DNA of 64,000 nucleotides from the IMG/VR virus record IMGVR_UViG_3300005512_000026, positions 588-64,587 of that record, one strand, 5' to 3'. Under the pieces are notes generated by a model. That model saw only the letters and a list, made by a program, of their open reading frames with translations. It made no database searches and was not told where the DNA came from. This DNA comes from a virus (Duplodnaviria > Caudoviricetes). Each line of letters begins with the position of its first letter. Position 1 is the first letter of the stretch. This document shows positions 36,645-46,235 of this stretch, one piece after another. The position numbers were made by a program, and so were the translations under genes.

Positions 36645-37431
36645 ACGACAAAAGGGACAGAAGCAGGTTGAGACGATTGCTCTTGAACGCCTCGAAGTCA
36701 CCTACGTTGATGTTGAGGAGATCAAGGCGAACCCGTACAACCCGAATCGACAGAGCGACTATGAATTCAACATGCTCCAAGATTCGATCAAAACGGACGG
36801 GTTCACTCAGCCAGTGATCGTGCAGGATCCCTCCGCTGAATTTCTCCCCGGACATATCGTTGACGGTGAACATCGGTGGAGGGCTGCGAACGCTGCCGGG
36901 CTGACACAGATCCCGGTAGTCTACGTTCAGTTCAGCGAAGAACAGATGAAGATCTCCACCATCCGTCACAACACGGCGAGGGGATCCCACGACGTTGAGC
37001 TTGAAGCAGAGATCCTTCGTGACCTCGAAAAGCTCGGGGCGTTGGACTTCGCGCAGGAAGCTCTCGGCATGAGCGATATCGAGATCCAGCGTTTGGTCGA
37101 AGATATCCCTGCACCGGATGGACTAGCCGGAGAGGACTTCGCTGATTCGTGGGATCCCGGTGTTACATCGGATACAGGCGAGACGGGTGCAAACGCAGCG
37201 TCGAAGCGTGTCGTAAGCGGTACTGCCGGAGCCGTAGAAGCTCAGAGACGAGCCGAGGCGAACGCCGCGGCTGCTAAGACGGAGGAGGAACGCCAAGCCG
37301 CTCTCCGTGACGTACAGGTGTTTCGCCTGATGCTGTCCTTCCCGATGGAGGACAAGGCTCTGATAGAGTCGGTATGTGGTAAAGAGCCAGCCGAGAAGAT
37401 TCTGGAACTTATCAAGAAAGAGGCGGGATGA
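36637..37431 (+). CDS. ParB/Srx N-terminal domain protein, IbrB/YbdM-like
   Basis: 'IKANPYNPN','SIKTDGFTQPVIV','IVDGEHRWRA','HNTARG'. Confidence 0.85.
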   Translation: MAKRQKGQKQVETIALERLEVTYVDVEEIKANPYNPNRQSDYEFNMLQDSIKTDGFTQPVIVQDPSAEFLPGHIVDGEHRWRAANAAGLTQIPVVYVQFSEEQMKISTIRHNTARGSHDVELEAEILRDLEKLGALDFAQEALGMSDIEIQRLVEDIPAPDGLAGEDFADSWDPGVTSDTGETGANAASKRVVSGTAGAVEAQRRAEANAAAAKTEEERQAALRDVQVFRLMLSFPMEDKALIESVCGKEPAEKILELIKKEAG

Positions 37432-37565
37432 TGAAAGTTTTTTTGCAGTTCCTAATGTGGGAGTGGCAGGAGCTTGCGCTCAAAGCGATCCTGTTCTCCG
37501 TGCTAGCAGTGATCCTTGTACTCGTTGGCGCTCCAGTCGCGGACTGGTGGGGGATCCTTCCGTGA
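37428..37565 (+). CDS. 45-aa membrane peptide
   Basis: Hand-translated MMKVFLQFLMWEWQELALKAILFSVLAVILVLVGAPVADWWGILP; coupled at both ends. Confidence 0.5.
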   Translation: MMKVFLQFLMWEWQELALKAILFSVLAVILVLVGAPVADWWGILP

Positions 37566-37951
37566 GGCAGCTAGGCTTCTGGATCTACAGGTCAACGGCG
37601 TGGGGTTTGATCTTCGCTTCCGTTTACCTGCTCGTCACCGACGGGAATTGGTACAAGCTCTACGTCTGGATGGACGAGTACGAGGAGTGGCGCACCGGTC
37701 ATTGGGGACTCCGAGAACGATTCTTGGATCTCCTCCTGATGTGGACGCTCATCTTCATGGGCTACTTCGCTGGCGTAGTGTCGTCGGTCAGGAAGCGAAG
37801 TCACCTACCTCGATTCGTGCGATGGTTCGTGCCGACAGAGAAGCTAGATCGCGACGACGAGGGTGAGCCATTCACCCGATGGGATAAGATCTCTGCAGCG
37901 GTGACGGCAATCTTTTTCAGCGTCGCCGTGACATTCGATCTTGGAGGTTGA
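37562..37951 (+). CDS. Membrane protein (about 3 TM)
   Basis: GTG 37562 overlaps previous stop; 129 aa. Confidence 0.55.
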   Translation: MRQLGFWIYRSTAWGLIFASVYLLVTDGNWYKLYVWMDEYEEWRTGHWGLRERFLDLLLMWTLIFMGYFAGVVSSVRKRSHLPRFVRWFVPTEKLDRDDEGEPFTRWDKISAAVTAIFFSVAVTFDLGG

Positions 37952-38044
37952 GGTGGAATACGACATTGAGAGACTTCTATCTCTGCTACTGCTCCTGATC
38001 AAATGGCTCTTGCAGGTTTACGAGGCTATGGAGGTCACGCTCCT

Positions 38045-38680
38045 ATGACGCTAGCGAGGCTCCCTGACAAGTGGGAGCGCATGACTGACGAGAGCACCAA
38101 GGCGTACCTCGCTTTCAATACCTACTTGCAGCTTGGTCCAGACCGTTCGGTGGACGCAGCCTACCGACTGGCAATGAACGAGCCAGCCGGGAGCAGCAAG
38201 CGAGCATCGGGACGCTGGACGAAGTGGGCGAACACTTATGGCTGGGTCGCTCGGGCTGCTGCGTGGGATGAATTCGTTGCTGCCGAGGCACGACGGGGCT
38301 TGCTCAAAACTGCCGAGGAGAATCAGATCCACAGGGTTCGGCAACTGACAAATACGATGAACCTCGGCATGGCAATTTTAGGGAAGGCGGACATAAATTC
38401 CCTATCACCGAATGACGCTCGAAAGCTCCTGCCTACCGCCCTGCGTGCAATAGAGATGGCGTCCGAATCGCTACGTGAAGAATTCGGTGTGGATGCCCGA
38501 CCGACAACGAACCGTGAGCTGAGCGTCCACGCAGATCTTGGAGCAAAAGGAGACGAAGCTCTTGACCAAGAATCACTCCTCGCTCTTATCGTCAGGGACG
38601 AGCTTGGCGCAGGAGCAAACCCTAGCGAGTTCAGAGTCAACGGCGCGGGGAAAGTTGTACCTATCGAGGGAGGCAGCTAA
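38045..38680 (+). CDS. terS: Terminase small subunit
   Basis: 'WER..DES.KAY.AF..YL.LG..RS...W.W..RA.AWD'; directly upstream of TerL. Confidence 0.7.
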   Translation: MTLARLPDKWERMTDESTKAYLAFNTYLQLGPDRSVDAAYRLAMNEPAGSSKRASGRWTKWANTYGWVARAAAWDEFVAAEARRGLLKTAEENQIHRVRQLTNTMNLGMAILGKADINSLSPNDARKLLPTALRAIEMASESLREEFGVDARPTTNRELSVHADLGAKGDEALDQESLLALIVRDELGAGANPSEFRVNGAGKVVPIEGGS

Positions 38681-40049
38681 GGGATCGCTCGCTGCTTTCG
38701 GTGAACACGTTTATCCCGGCTACCTCTCAACGAAATACACCCAAATGCTAGCGTCCACGTTGGAGGGCGCAGTCAAGGGTGACTACAAACGACTGATCGT
38801 GGAGATCCCACCACGCCACTCGAAGTCTGTCCATGTATCTGAATTACTGCCGGCATGGATCCTCGGTCACAATCCTGACCTGAGAATCATCCTCGCCTCG
38901 TACTCGTCAGGTCTTAGTGCGGCGTTTTCTAGGCGAGTCAGAAACACCATAGAGACGGAAAGGTACGGGATGGTGTTTCCGGGGACTCGTCTGGCTCGCG
39001 ACAGTCGTTCAGCGCAAGTATGGGATATCGCTGGACGTCACGGTGGCATGATCGCTGCTGGTGTGGGATCCGGTATCACCGGACACGGAGCTGACGTACT
39101 GATCATCGACGACCCGGTGAAGGATCGACAGGCTGCGGAGTCTACGACGATCCGTGAGGCGACGTGGGATTGGTATACCTCGACAGCTCGCACCCGTCTC
39201 CACCCCGGAGGTGTAATCATCGTCTGTCAAACCCGGTGGCATTACGACGATCTTGCCGGGAGGCTCCTCGAAGGCAAGGACGATGAGGACAAAGAAGATT
39301 GGACAGAGGTGAAGTTTCCTGCGCTAGCGATAGGAGACGGCGATGTGCTGGGGCGACAGGTAGGCGACCCTCTATGGCCAGAACGCTACTCTGCGGACGA
39401 GCTGCGGGTAATCAAGGCGGAAGTCGGGACGAGGGATTGGACGTCACTCTACCAGCAGGAGCCGACTGACGAGGAGGGAGCGATCTTCCCTCTCAAATGG
39501 TGGAAGTATTACGACCCGGATCGCTTTGTGTTCAATACTCGATTCCGGACTGTTCAGTTTTGGGACACCGCTTTCAAAGAGGATGAAGCAAACGATTATT
39601 CAGTCGGTGCGACGTGGACCAAGAATCCGAACGGCGATGTTATGGCTCGGGACTGGTTCAAGAAGCGTCTGCAGTTCCCGGAGTTGAAGCGAGCGGTGAT
39701 AGCACAGTACGATAAGTGGCGACCTGATATCGTCTACATTGAGGACAAGGGTAGTGGACAATCGCTCATACAAGAGCTTCGTAATACAGGGTTGCCGATT
39801 CGTGCGTACAAGCCTGACGGATCGAAAGAAGTCCGCGCCCACGCTGTTACCCCATATATCGAGAACGGGACTGTATTCTTACCCGAGCGACACCCTCTCC
39901 TCGCAGAGTTCTTGGAGGAGCATGGGAAGTTCCCAGCCGGGAAGCATGACGATATGGTGGACACTACGACTATGGCACTTGAACTAATGGCTCGACGGGT
40001 GGCATCTATGCCTAACCTCGGCGGAGCTGTGAAGGAATCAGCATGGTAG
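38538..40049 (+). CDS. terL: Terminase large subunit
   Basis: 'PPRHSKS','IIDDPVK','QTRWHYDD','WDTA','HDDMVDT'; exact start uncertain. Confidence 0.92.
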   Translation: MEQKETKLLTKNHSSLLSSGTSLAQEQTLASSESTARGKLYLSREAAKGSLAAFGEHVYPGYLSTKYTQMLASTLEGAVKGDYKRLIVEIPPRHSKSVHVSELLPAWILGHNPDLRIILASYSSGLSAAFSRRVRNTIETERYGMVFPGTRLARDSRSAQVWDIAGRHGGMIAAGVGSGITGHGADVLIIDDPVKDRQAAESTTIREATWDWYTSTARTRLHPGGVIIVCQTRWHYDDLAGRLLEGKDDEDKEDWTEVKFPALAIGDGDVLGRQVGDPLWPERYSADELRVIKAEVGTRDWTSLYQQEPTDEEGAIFPLKWWKYYDPDRFVFNTRFRTVQFWDTAFKEDEANDYSVGATWTKNPNGDVMARDWFKKRLQFPELKRAVIAQYDKWRPDIVYIEDKGSGQSLIQELRNTGLPIRAYKPDGSKEVRAHAVTPYIENGTVFLPERHPLLAEFLEEHGKFPAGKHDDMVDTTTMALELMARRVASMPNLGGAVKESAW

Positions 40050-42193
40050 ATCAGAGAGTCGAGAAGGCTGTCCCGGAGGGGCGAGATCCACAAGAGGCTC
40101 CGGAGGTTGATTCCGGGAGTGTCCAGAAGATCCTCGGTGATCGAGGGCTGTCGATGTGGGCAGGGTATCTCAACGAGGAGTGGTACTCAGAACTAAAGCC
40201 TTGGACAAACGAAGCCAAGTATGTTCTCGAAGCTCGGGACGATGCGATCATTTCGATGCTCCTCGCAGCGGTGAAGCTCCCAATCGTCAAGGCGGAGATC
40301 TCGGTCGAGCCTGCCTCAGACGACTACGCAGATCTCGTCGCAGCCGACTGGCTCGAAGCAAACCTCGACCAGATGCACAGGCAGTCAAAGCGGAAGTGGA
40401 TCAACGACACGCTTGAATCGATAGAGTTCGGGTTCAGCATTGGCGAGATCGTCTTGGAGAAACGCAGCGACGGTCGAATGTGGCTCCGGAACATCGAGCC
40501 TCGTGGTCAGGAGACGTTGCGCCGATGGGGTCTTGAAGATCAGCAGCACCCGGACATAGTTACCCACTTTGTTCAGCGAGGATTCCGTGGCGGTACACCT
40601 CGTCAGGAAGTAGCGATCCCGCTCGACAAGTGCCTCCACATAACGCTCCAAGCCCGTAAGGGATCTCCGCAGGGTAAGAGCTTCCTGCGCTCGCTCTATA
40701 TCCCTTACAAGTATTTGAAGAATTACCGGGCTTTCGAGGGCATCGGCATTGAGCGAGATATCGGTGGAACGCCGATTCTGAAACTCCCGGAAGGCATCGG
40801 CACGATTGACTCGGCTGAGTTCACGGAGTTGAAGAAACAGATGGAGGGCTTGCGTAATGACCAAGCTCTCTACGTGACGCTCCCGGAGGGGTTTGAGCTT
40901 GACTCGTTCAGCGGGTCGAAGCAGCTCAACATTCGCGACGTGATCAAGGACTACGAGAAGCTAATCCTGATGCGTCTCTTTGCTCAGTTCTTACAGCTCG
41001 GAATGGACAACGTGGGTACTCAGGCGTTGGTCGAGGGATCCCACGATTTCTTTGCTCTCGGGCTGGAAGCAATCCAAGACGAAATCATGGAGCAGGTAAA
41101 CGACCAGCTCGTTCCGTACCTGTTCCGTTTCAACTCGTTCCCCGGAACCACAGGGCTGCCTAAAGTCGTGTGGTCTAAGCCGGGCAAGATGGATATCGAG
41201 AACGTCGTCAAGTGGTTCGAGAATGGTGCGAGGTCTAAGATCTTCACGCCAACCCGAGATGATGAACAACGGCTCCGTGACGAGATGGGTCTTGAACAGC
41301 TCCCGGACGGAGTAGGCGAGGAGCCTCGGGACGTTCCCGGGCAGGTCAACGATATCTTCGGGGGGCTCAACGGCATGGGCTTGCGCTCGACGCTGCGGGG
41401 CATGGTGGCAGAGGAGGTGCGTCATTACGACCACCCGGCGGGTCAGGATCTTCGTGTTACAGGCGGGATCTATGAGCGCTTTACCAACGAGTACCAGCGG
41501 GATCTCGTCGCTGCCTACGACAAGTGGGCAGCGGAAACGTCGCGCTTGATGAACCTGCCCGGCAAGACGCTAGGTGAAGCAGAGCTGACTCTGAATCGCC
41601 GTCTCCCGGTGCTGGAAGCTGACCTAAAGAGCCTTGCAAGAACGCGGGTAGGGGAAGCAACGAACCTCGGGCTTGGGGAGGCTCTAGGAAAGCGTGTGGC
41701 GCATCCAGAGGTACAGACGACCGTTTCCCGGATCCTCAAAGAGACTGACGACGACATAGCTACGAAGATCATCCCGGGCGTGAGGGAGCGATTCAGTCAA
41801 ACGTCTCCGCTTATGCGGGACATGGCTCCTGACGCACGTAAGTCGATGATCGACGATTTGTTTGCCGGGCGGAGATCCCGGATAGCGCAATCCGCTGGTC
41901 AGGCGCAGGTAGCGATTTTCGAGACTCAGCGTGTCGCAGGGAAGGTTGAGAACCAAGAGCGACGACGGCTCGGACAGCCCCTGATCAAAGTCCGATGGGT
42001 CTTAGACGACCGCGCCCACCATTGCGAATCTGACAATTCTCGGGCAACATTTGGCTGTCCCGATTTGGCTCGGGAATACAGCGACGGGTGGGAATCAATG
42101 CCAACAGTTCCGGCGGGTAACGTCTCATGTCTCGGCAACTGCCGATGCTTTATTGAGGCGGATTTTGGGGACGGCTGGAAAAGGATCACCTAG
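40043..42193 (+). CDS. Portal protein (DUF935/Mu gp29-like) fused to MuF-like minor head domain
   Basis: 'GFSIGEIV','GKSFLRSLY','IERDIGGTP' portal motifs; C-terminal 'HC...CP...CLGNCRC'. Confidence 0.8.
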   Translation: MVDQRVEKAVPEGRDPQEAPEVDSGSVQKILGDRGLSMWAGYLNEEWYSELKPWTNEAKYVLEARDDAIISMLLAAVKLPIVKAEISVEPASDDYADLVAADWLEANLDQMHRQSKRKWINDTLESIEFGFSIGEIVLEKRSDGRMWLRNIEPRGQETLRRWGLEDQQHPDIVTHFVQRGFRGGTPRQEVAIPLDKCLHITLQARKGSPQGKSFLRSLYIPYKYLKNYRAFEGIGIERDIGGTPILKLPEGIGTIDSAEFTELKKQMEGLRNDQALYVTLPEGFELDSFSGSKQLNIRDVIKDYEKLILMRLFAQFLQLGMDNVGTQALVEGSHDFFALGLEAIQDEIMEQVNDQLVPYLFRFNSFPGTTGLPKVVWSKPGKMDIENVVKWFENGARSKIFTPTRDDEQRLRDEMGLEQLPDGVGEEPRDVPGQVNDIFGGLNGMGLRSTLRGMVAEEVRHYDHPAGQDLRVTGGIYERFTNEYQRDLVAAYDKWAAETSRLMNLPGKTLGEAELTLNRRLPVLEADLKSLARTRVGEATNLGLGEALGKRVAHPEVQTTVSRILKETDDDIATKIIPGVRERFSQTSPLMRDMAPDARKSMIDDLFAGRRSRIAQSAGQAQVAIFETQRVAGKVENQERRRLGQPLIKVRWVLDDRAHHCESDNSRATFGCPDLAREYSDGWESMPTVPAGNVSCLGNCRCFIEADFGDGWKRIT

Positions 42194-42279
42194 CATGGGG
42201 GATCCGGTGTTCCCTACCCCGTCTTGGGGTACACGGATCCTCCACCAGCTTGCATTAGTCAAGCGATTCGTGAAGAATA

Positions 42280-43599
42280 TTGAGCATGTTTGACAAAGAC
42301 GTAATTGGGCTAGAGATCTTCGCATCCGGTACGCATGTGGATTCTCAGGGCTTTGAAAATACGTTTTCCGATGCGGACGTTGACTACATGGTCGAGACGT
42401 TCCGTGGCGGGATGCCAGAGTTCGTACCTATCAAGCTGGGTCACACCAGCGACGAGTTCAATGCGAAGGTTGCTTCGCAGTTAGGACTGCCTCCCGCCGT
42501 ACTCAACGGCGAGAACGAGGGTCTTGATGGGGTCGCAGCACTTGGACAGGTCGTAGGACTTGAACGGGTGGGCGAGAAATTAGTAGCTGATCTGAAAGTC
42601 CCGCAAGCAATGGCAGAGCTATTCGAGGCGGGATATTTCAGAGATGTTAGCTGCGAGCTTTCGGCAGACCAAGAGGGCAGATGGATACTCGACGGTGTGG
42701 CGATGCTTGGGGCTGAGCGTCCAGCCGTCGATTCCCTTGCAGGGATAGCCGAGGCTGCGATTCTCAAAAAGCGTCCAGCGTTTGCGGGGCGCACGTTTAG
42801 CCGACCGATACCTAAGAAGGTGAAGATGAGCGAGCAAGACCCCAAGGGGATGATGGACAACATCAAATCCTTGTTCAAGTCAGAGCTTGGCGAGTCACTT
42901 ACATTCTCGGAGCTTTCGGATCTCGGTCTGACTTTTGGAGACGAAGCCGACAAGGGTGCGGTGAAAGACGCAGTACGAGAACTGCAAGATCGTTCTCAGA
43001 TGCTCGACGACGTTGTGGCTCTGCTGCAACAGGCAATCGAGATCACGTCTAGCGCAGCCGAGGAGGGTGAGGAGATCATCGAGGACGACGTGGCGAAAGA
43101 GCCAGCCGTCGCAGCGAAAGCACTCGTTGGTCGAATCGAGCGTATGGGATCCACGAATTCCAATTTCAAACAGTCAGCCGATTTCAAGAGCGAGGTCAAG
43201 AAGCAGGTTGATGCAGCCACAGCAGAGTTCCGGGCGCAGCTCGATGAACTTCGTGGCGACAAGACCGTTGCTGCTTACCGAGTCGAGACTGAAAAACTCG
43301 TCGGCATGGAGGGGACTCCACAGGAACTAGCTGAACAGCTAGCCAACCTTGAAGAATCCGCAGGCAAGGAATCCGCAACCGCTATGCTCAGCGCATGGCA
43401 GCAGGTTTCAAAGTACGCCGTCGAATCTGGCGTGACCCGATCCATCGGTCAGAACGGACTCGACGACGACGATCACGAGCCTACAAAGCTCGATGAGGAA
43501 GCAGCAGCCTACAAGAAGGCGAATCCGGGACTCTCTGATCGTGAGGTCAAGAGCCACGTTCGACTCCGGGCTATGCGTCCAGAAAAGGGAGGCGAGTAA
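42280..43599 (+). CDS. Mu-like prohead protease/scaffold
   Basis: 'IFASGTH','PIKLGH','RDVSCEL','GVAMLGAERPAV', coiled-coil C-term. Confidence 0.75.
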   Translation: MSMFDKDVIGLEIFASGTHVDSQGFENTFSDADVDYMVETFRGGMPEFVPIKLGHTSDEFNAKVASQLGLPPAVLNGENEGLDGVAALGQVVGLERVGEKLVADLKVPQAMAELFEAGYFRDVSCELSADQEGRWILDGVAMLGAERPAVDSLAGIAEAAILKKRPAFAGRTFSRPIPKKVKMSEQDPKGMMDNIKSLFKSELGESLTFSELSDLGLTFGDEADKGAVKDAVRELQDRSQMLDDVVALLQQAIEITSSAAEEGEEIIEDDVAKEPAVAAKALVGRIERMGSTNSNFKQSADFKSEVKKQVDAATAEFRAQLDELRGDKTVAAYRVETEKLVGMEGTPQELAEQLANLEESAGKESATAMLSAWQQVSKYAVESGVTRSIGQNGLDDDDHEPTKLDEEAAAYKKANPGLSDREVKSHVRLRAMRPEKGGE

Positions 43600-44016
43600 A
43601 TGAGCAGCCAAGCACTCAAACTCCCCGGTGGACACGTTGGAGCAGACCTTTCTGCAAAGCAGTATCACGCTGTCTACCTGTCGGATAACTACGAGATTTC
43701 GGCAATCACCAACGCCAACGCCGCGAGCTACGCTCAGGCTCCTATTGGGATCCTGCAAGACGATCCAGACGCGGACGGCAAAGCTGCTGAGATAATCTCC
43801 ATCGGCGTGTCCCGCTGCGAAGCGGGAGGTACGATCTCTGCCGGGGATTGGCTCACCACCAACGACGACGGCGAATTGATTGCAGGTGCAATCGAAGCTG
43901 CTGCGGGAACCGCAGACCGAGTGATCATCGGACGGGCATTGGAAGATGCCGTGGACGGTCAGATCTTCAACGCTTTGATCAACTGCATCACTCCGCTTCC
44001 AGTAGACACGGAATAA
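43600..44016 (+). CDS. Capsid cement/decoration protein (DUF2190-like)
   Basis: 'AGGTISAGDWLTTNDDG','IGRALEDA'; between protease and capsid. Confidence 0.7.
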   Translation: MSSQALKLPGGHVGADLSAKQYHAVYLSDNYEISAITNANAASYAQAPIGILQDDPDADGKAAEIISIGVSRCEAGGTISAGDWLTTNDDGELIAGAIEAAAGTADRVIIGRALEDAVDGQIFNALINCITPLPVDTE

Positions 44017-44085
44017 CCGAACTATGTCTAAGCCAACTATGAAACAGCTTCGCCCTGTGAAGCCCGTAGTGGGCGGAAAGTAAAG

Positions 44086-45063
44086 ATGAGCGACTTGAAA
44101 CGAAAGTACGCTTTGCCTACTCAGAACGACTTGCGTCCGGTTGATCCGGTCTTGACCGATCTCTCAATCAGCTACAAGAACCCGGAGTTCATTTGGGATC
44201 TCGTAGCTCCGGTGGTCCCCACCGATGAGAAGTCGGGTACGTTCTTCAAGTGGACTCGGGACTATTGGTTCCGGTCTATGGGTGAAGCACAAGGGAGCAA
44301 GCGTGCTCCCGGTGGCAACTACACGCGAGTTGCCTATGGCGTATCGACCGATACTTACGAGACAGATGAGTACGGTTACGAGAAGCCAACCGACGATCCA
44401 ACTAAGGCATCGTCACAGGCTCCCGAAAACCTCGACAATCAGGACGTTGCTTTCCTGACGAACCTTCTGGAAATGGATCTGGAAGTTGACGTCGCAGCAG
44501 CGTTCTTTACCTCGGGTGTTTGGGGTACTGACAACACTCTCTCTGGCACTAGCCAGTGGAGTGACTACGCCAACTCTGATCCAATCGGAGACTTCAAAAC
44601 GGCGCGATCCACAGTTCGCAAGGCTACTGGTCAAAAGCCCGGTCGTGCGATCATGGGTGTGGAGACTTGGAACGACTTGGCGGAACACCCGCTGATTCTT
44701 GACAAGTACAAGCACACTCAGTCCGGGATCATGACCACAGCTCTCGTAGCTGCAGCACTCGAAGTTGATGAAATCGTTGTTGGTGAGACTGTGAAGAACA
44801 CGGCTAAAGAAGGGCTGTCCTACGTTGGCGCAGACGTGTGGGGCGATAACTGTCTCCTCATCCCTGCTGTCAACGCTCCTGCTCTCGAAACTCCCGCTGC
44901 TGGTTACACCTTCATGTGGGACGAGGTAGGTAATGTGCCGTGGGCTATCCAGAACTACCGTGACGAAGAAATCCGTTCGGACGTAACTCGAATCCTGACG
45001 CACAAAACGCACAAGGTGACGAGTTCTGTTTCGGGCTACATGTTCATCGACACGTCTGCTTAG
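44086..45063 (+). CDS. Major capsid protein (phage Y)
   Basis: 325 aa; 'VDPVLTDLSISYKN..FIWD.VAP.VP','DPIGD'. Confidence 0.8.
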   Translation: MSDLKRKYALPTQNDLRPVDPVLTDLSISYKNPEFIWDLVAPVVPTDEKSGTFFKWTRDYWFRSMGEAQGSKRAPGGNYTRVAYGVSTDTYETDEYGYEKPTDDPTKASSQAPENLDNQDVAFLTNLLEMDLEVDVAAAFFTSGVWGTDNTLSGTSQWSDYANSDPIGDFKTARSTVRKATGQKPGRAIMGVETWNDLAEHPLILDKYKHTQSGIMTTALVAAALEVDEIVVGETVKNTAKEGLSYVGADVWGDNCLLIPAVNAPALETPAAGYTFMWDEVGNVPWAIQNYRDEEIRSDVTRILTHKTHKVTSSVSGYMFIDTSA

Positions 45064-45090
45064 AACTAAAAGTCGAAGGGAACACGACAA

Positions 45091-45438
45091 ATGGCATACG
45101 AGGCATATCGGGTAAATCGCAGGTTCGTTTGGGACGGTTGGCAGTTTGCCCCAAAAGCGGGGGCGCACCGACAGAACTTTCAACTTCTGGAAGGTGTCTC
45201 CCGCGAGGAGCAAGCTCACAACTTGAAGCAGCAGGGATGTTGGGATGAACGATCCTGCGACCCGAGCCTCTATGCCGGAGACATTTGGCTCGTCGAGGAG
45301 AACCACCCACGGAAGGCAGCGATCCTTTCGAGGAACAAGGCAGTCTATGACTCAGGCTTGCCGAGGGTGGACGATCTTCTCGAAGATGAAGAAATCAAAA
45401 AGCTGCTATCGCCACCGTCCGCAGTTGGCGCTCGATAG
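45091..45438 (+). CDS. Hypothetical protein
   Basis: 115 aa in head module. Confidence 0.55.
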   Translation: MAYEAYRVNRRFVWDGWQFAPKAGAHRQNFQLLEGVSREEQAHNLKQQGCWDERSCDPSLYAGDIWLVEENHPRKAAILSRNKAVYDSGLPRVDDLLEDEEIKKLLSPPSAVGAR

Positions 45439-45454
45439 CGGGGAGATCTAACCA

Positions 45455-45871
45455 ATGGTTCAAGAACGAATCCGAGGCAAGGTTGTTCAAGAGAAATCCG
45501 AGCGCAAGGGTGTCCTCGGTTCGATTACTTGGACAGTCGGAACCGAAGCAGCAAACGCCATTACGGTGTCGGGACAGGCTCTTGACGAGGCTGGGAACGA
45601 AATGACTGAGGCGGTTGCTTTTTCGTGGTACTGGGCTAACGACGCTGACGGGCTTACCCCGACAACGGTTGCCCATGACGGCGGGACTGCTGCCGGGACA
45701 GACGGGGCGATTATCGAGCAGGTTGCTAACCTCTCTGGAATCGCTATCACCGAAGCTGACGGCGATATTGATATCGTGGCGACTGACGCAGGGGCGTTTA
45801 CGACGTACCTAGTCGGTGTGATGCCAGACGGAACGCTGTCAATTTCCGGCGCAGTAACACACGCAGCATAA
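45455..45871 (+). CDS. Putative virion structural protein
   Basis: 138 aa A/G/T-rich. Confidence 0.5.
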   Translation: MVQERIRGKVVQEKSERKGVLGSITWTVGTEAANAITVSGQALDEAGNEMTEAVAFSWYWANDADGLTPTTVAHDGGTAAGTDGAIIEQVANLSGIAITEADGDIDIVATDAGAFTTYLVGVMPDGTLSISGAVTHAA

Positions 45872-45890
45872 TCCGGGAGTACACACCAGC

Positions 45891-46235
45891 ATGATCTACA
45901 TCAAAAAAGATCCAACCAACGTAGGGCCATACCAAGTCCTCGTTGTCCCGGCAGACGGCGAGGAATACCGTGTGGATATTACGGAAAATCCGCAGCCGTT
46001 TGAGCAGCAGATCGGTGAGGCGATTCTTGCCGGACATTCCAAGAAGGTTGTCGAGGTAGCGGTGGAGGACGTTTCAAACGATCTCCGCCACCCGGACGAC
46101 CGTGATCGAGTAGCTTGCCCGGCGGAGGTCTGCGACAAGGACTACGCCACTCAGGCGAACCTTGATAAGCACATCAAGTCGTCCCACGGCAACATCATCG
46201 AACAGCTCCTGACGACTGAACCAGTCGAAGCGTAA
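45891..46235 (+). CDS. Protein with C2H2 zinc finger
   Basis: CPAEVC-x12-HIKSSH = C-x4-C-x12-H-x4-H. Confidence 0.65.
   Translation: MIYIKKDPTNVGPYQVLVVPADGEEYRVDITENPQPFEQQIGEAILAGHSKKVVEVAVEDVSNDLRHPDDRDRVACPAEVCDKDYATQANLDKHIKSSHGNIIEQLLTTEPVEA

Noticed and set aside
38538-40049. Intein or intron in terminase or helicases
   Set aside because: Protein sizes are normal and motifs are contiguous; no intein C-terminal HN-C/S/T block noticed.
44413-45306. 297-aa minus-strand ORF and similar long shadow ORFs (e.g. 47545-48279, 22517-23044, 55370-55924)
   Set aside because: They overlap well-supported genes and have no motifs or RBS; expected from codon bias.
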